From positions 48,548,001 to 48,612,000 of the forward strand of contig NC_045697.1 in the NCBI RefSeq assembly GCF_009834535.1: DNA of 64,000 nucleotides, written 5' to 3'. Positions 63,052-64,000 of the stretch are shown here, one piece after another. How positions within the stretch are numbered: position 1 is the stretch's first letter; each line of letters begins with the position of its first letter. The notes below the pieces were generated by a model. The model was not told the origin of the DNA, ran no database searches, and saw only the letters and a program-made list of their open reading frames with translations. The translations under genes and the position numbers were made by a program. Origin of the DNA: Camelus ferus. Taxonomy: Eukaryota.

Positions 63052-64000
63052 CTAAAGGCTGGAAGTTACTGTAAAGACCTCAGTGGGAAACATTTGCCCC
63101 CTCTTAACTCAATATTGGGTTTAGATTCAAAAAAATGCCAAAAATAGACAAAAAGGTTTCCCAGTTTTTCTTTCTGACCTAGATAATTTAAAGCCAAGGA
63201 TTCCAATTCATTCATGGAAAAGTACCAGGGTATGCTGAGGACTTAGAACGAAGCTCACCTAATGTGGCCTGTGTGGCATTCAGTAAAACTGGCCCATGCT
63301 GAAACACGCTGACAACTGTGGGACCAACATACTTTCAATGCCTTCCCTTGGCACAAAGGACAGGGACTCATGAAACAATCAGAAATAGTAGAGCCAAAGG
63401 AGAAAAAAAGGAAAGATGAAGGTCATACAGGAAGGAAGACTGGCAAAAGACAGGGCAGGAGAAAATAGGCACTTTATAATGGGAAATATAGCCAACAGGG
63501 GATTCCAAAAATAAGCAAATTTGCTGTCACAGTAGGGGCTGAGGGCAACTAGTCACAACTGAAAGAAATGGGAAGACAGCTAAAGAAAGAATGGGAGAGG
63601 GTGCGGAGCCAGATAGGCAAATAGATAAAGCCAGGAAAGTATCTCTGGCATGTAAACAGGATTGATTTTTTTTTTAAGTCTCAACTCAGAGACCAGATGG
63701 ATTATTACAGAAGGGACAAGGTCAGCCTGTGGTTAAATAAAATGAAGGGGGAAAGCAGCTGTTAGGAGAAGGACTGTGATTCTACTGTCTTCAAGAGACC
63801 AGCGTTTTGAAACTAGAGTTTTGGAATTCGATATTTGGAATTAGGAAATTCACAGCCCCTCAGTGGAGAATTAGAGTCAAACAGACATTCTAACATTGAG
63901 AGCAGCCACGTCAAATCAAGCTAGACTGCAATGCTGAACATTCTGAACGTGTGAAGGAAATCTTACCTTTAGAGGGAAAAGACTTCACCACTTAAGCCAA

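Noticed and set aside
33300..64000. A neighbouring head-to-head gene (SOWAHB is the upstream neighbour in human synteny, as I recall)
   Set aside because: No long ORF, ankyrin-repeat coding sequence or second CpG island is present; it probably lies beyond the right edge.
1..64000. CRISPR array, operon or other novel multi-gene system
   Set aside because: The sequence is eukaryotic intron and intergenic DNA, with no regularly spaced repeat-spacer array or cluster of credible ORFs.

Overview
Mammalian genomic DNA, most likely from a camelid (alpaca, llama or camel), judged from seven copies of a tRNA-Ala-derived SINE with the camelid vic-1-type tail and from ungulate-type L1 3' ends. The only protein-coding sequence I can support is the first exon of SEPTIN11 on the minus strand: ATG at 31419, encoding MAVAVGRPS, followed by a GTGAGT donor, inside a ~3 kb CpG island (about 30280-33200). 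Positions 1-31392 are SEPTIN11 intron 1; I did not find exon 2 in the window. Positions ~33300-64000 are repeat-dense upstream intergenic DNA (L1, L2, CR1/L3, MIR, MaLR/ERVL LTRs, hAT and Tigger DNA transposons). Repeat family names come from my recall of consensus sequences and need RepeatMasker/Dfam confirmation; repeat boundaries are approximate unless a TSD or TIR is quoted. I found no convincing novel multi-gene system. The most interesting signals are fine-scale: an overlapping upstream ORF whose stop codon would be created by the exon 1/exon 2 junction, a candidate 24-nt poison microexon, a template-switch-like micro-inversion in an old L1, a co-oriented solo LTR with TATA box and splice donor, and several recent retro-insertions with target-site duplications.
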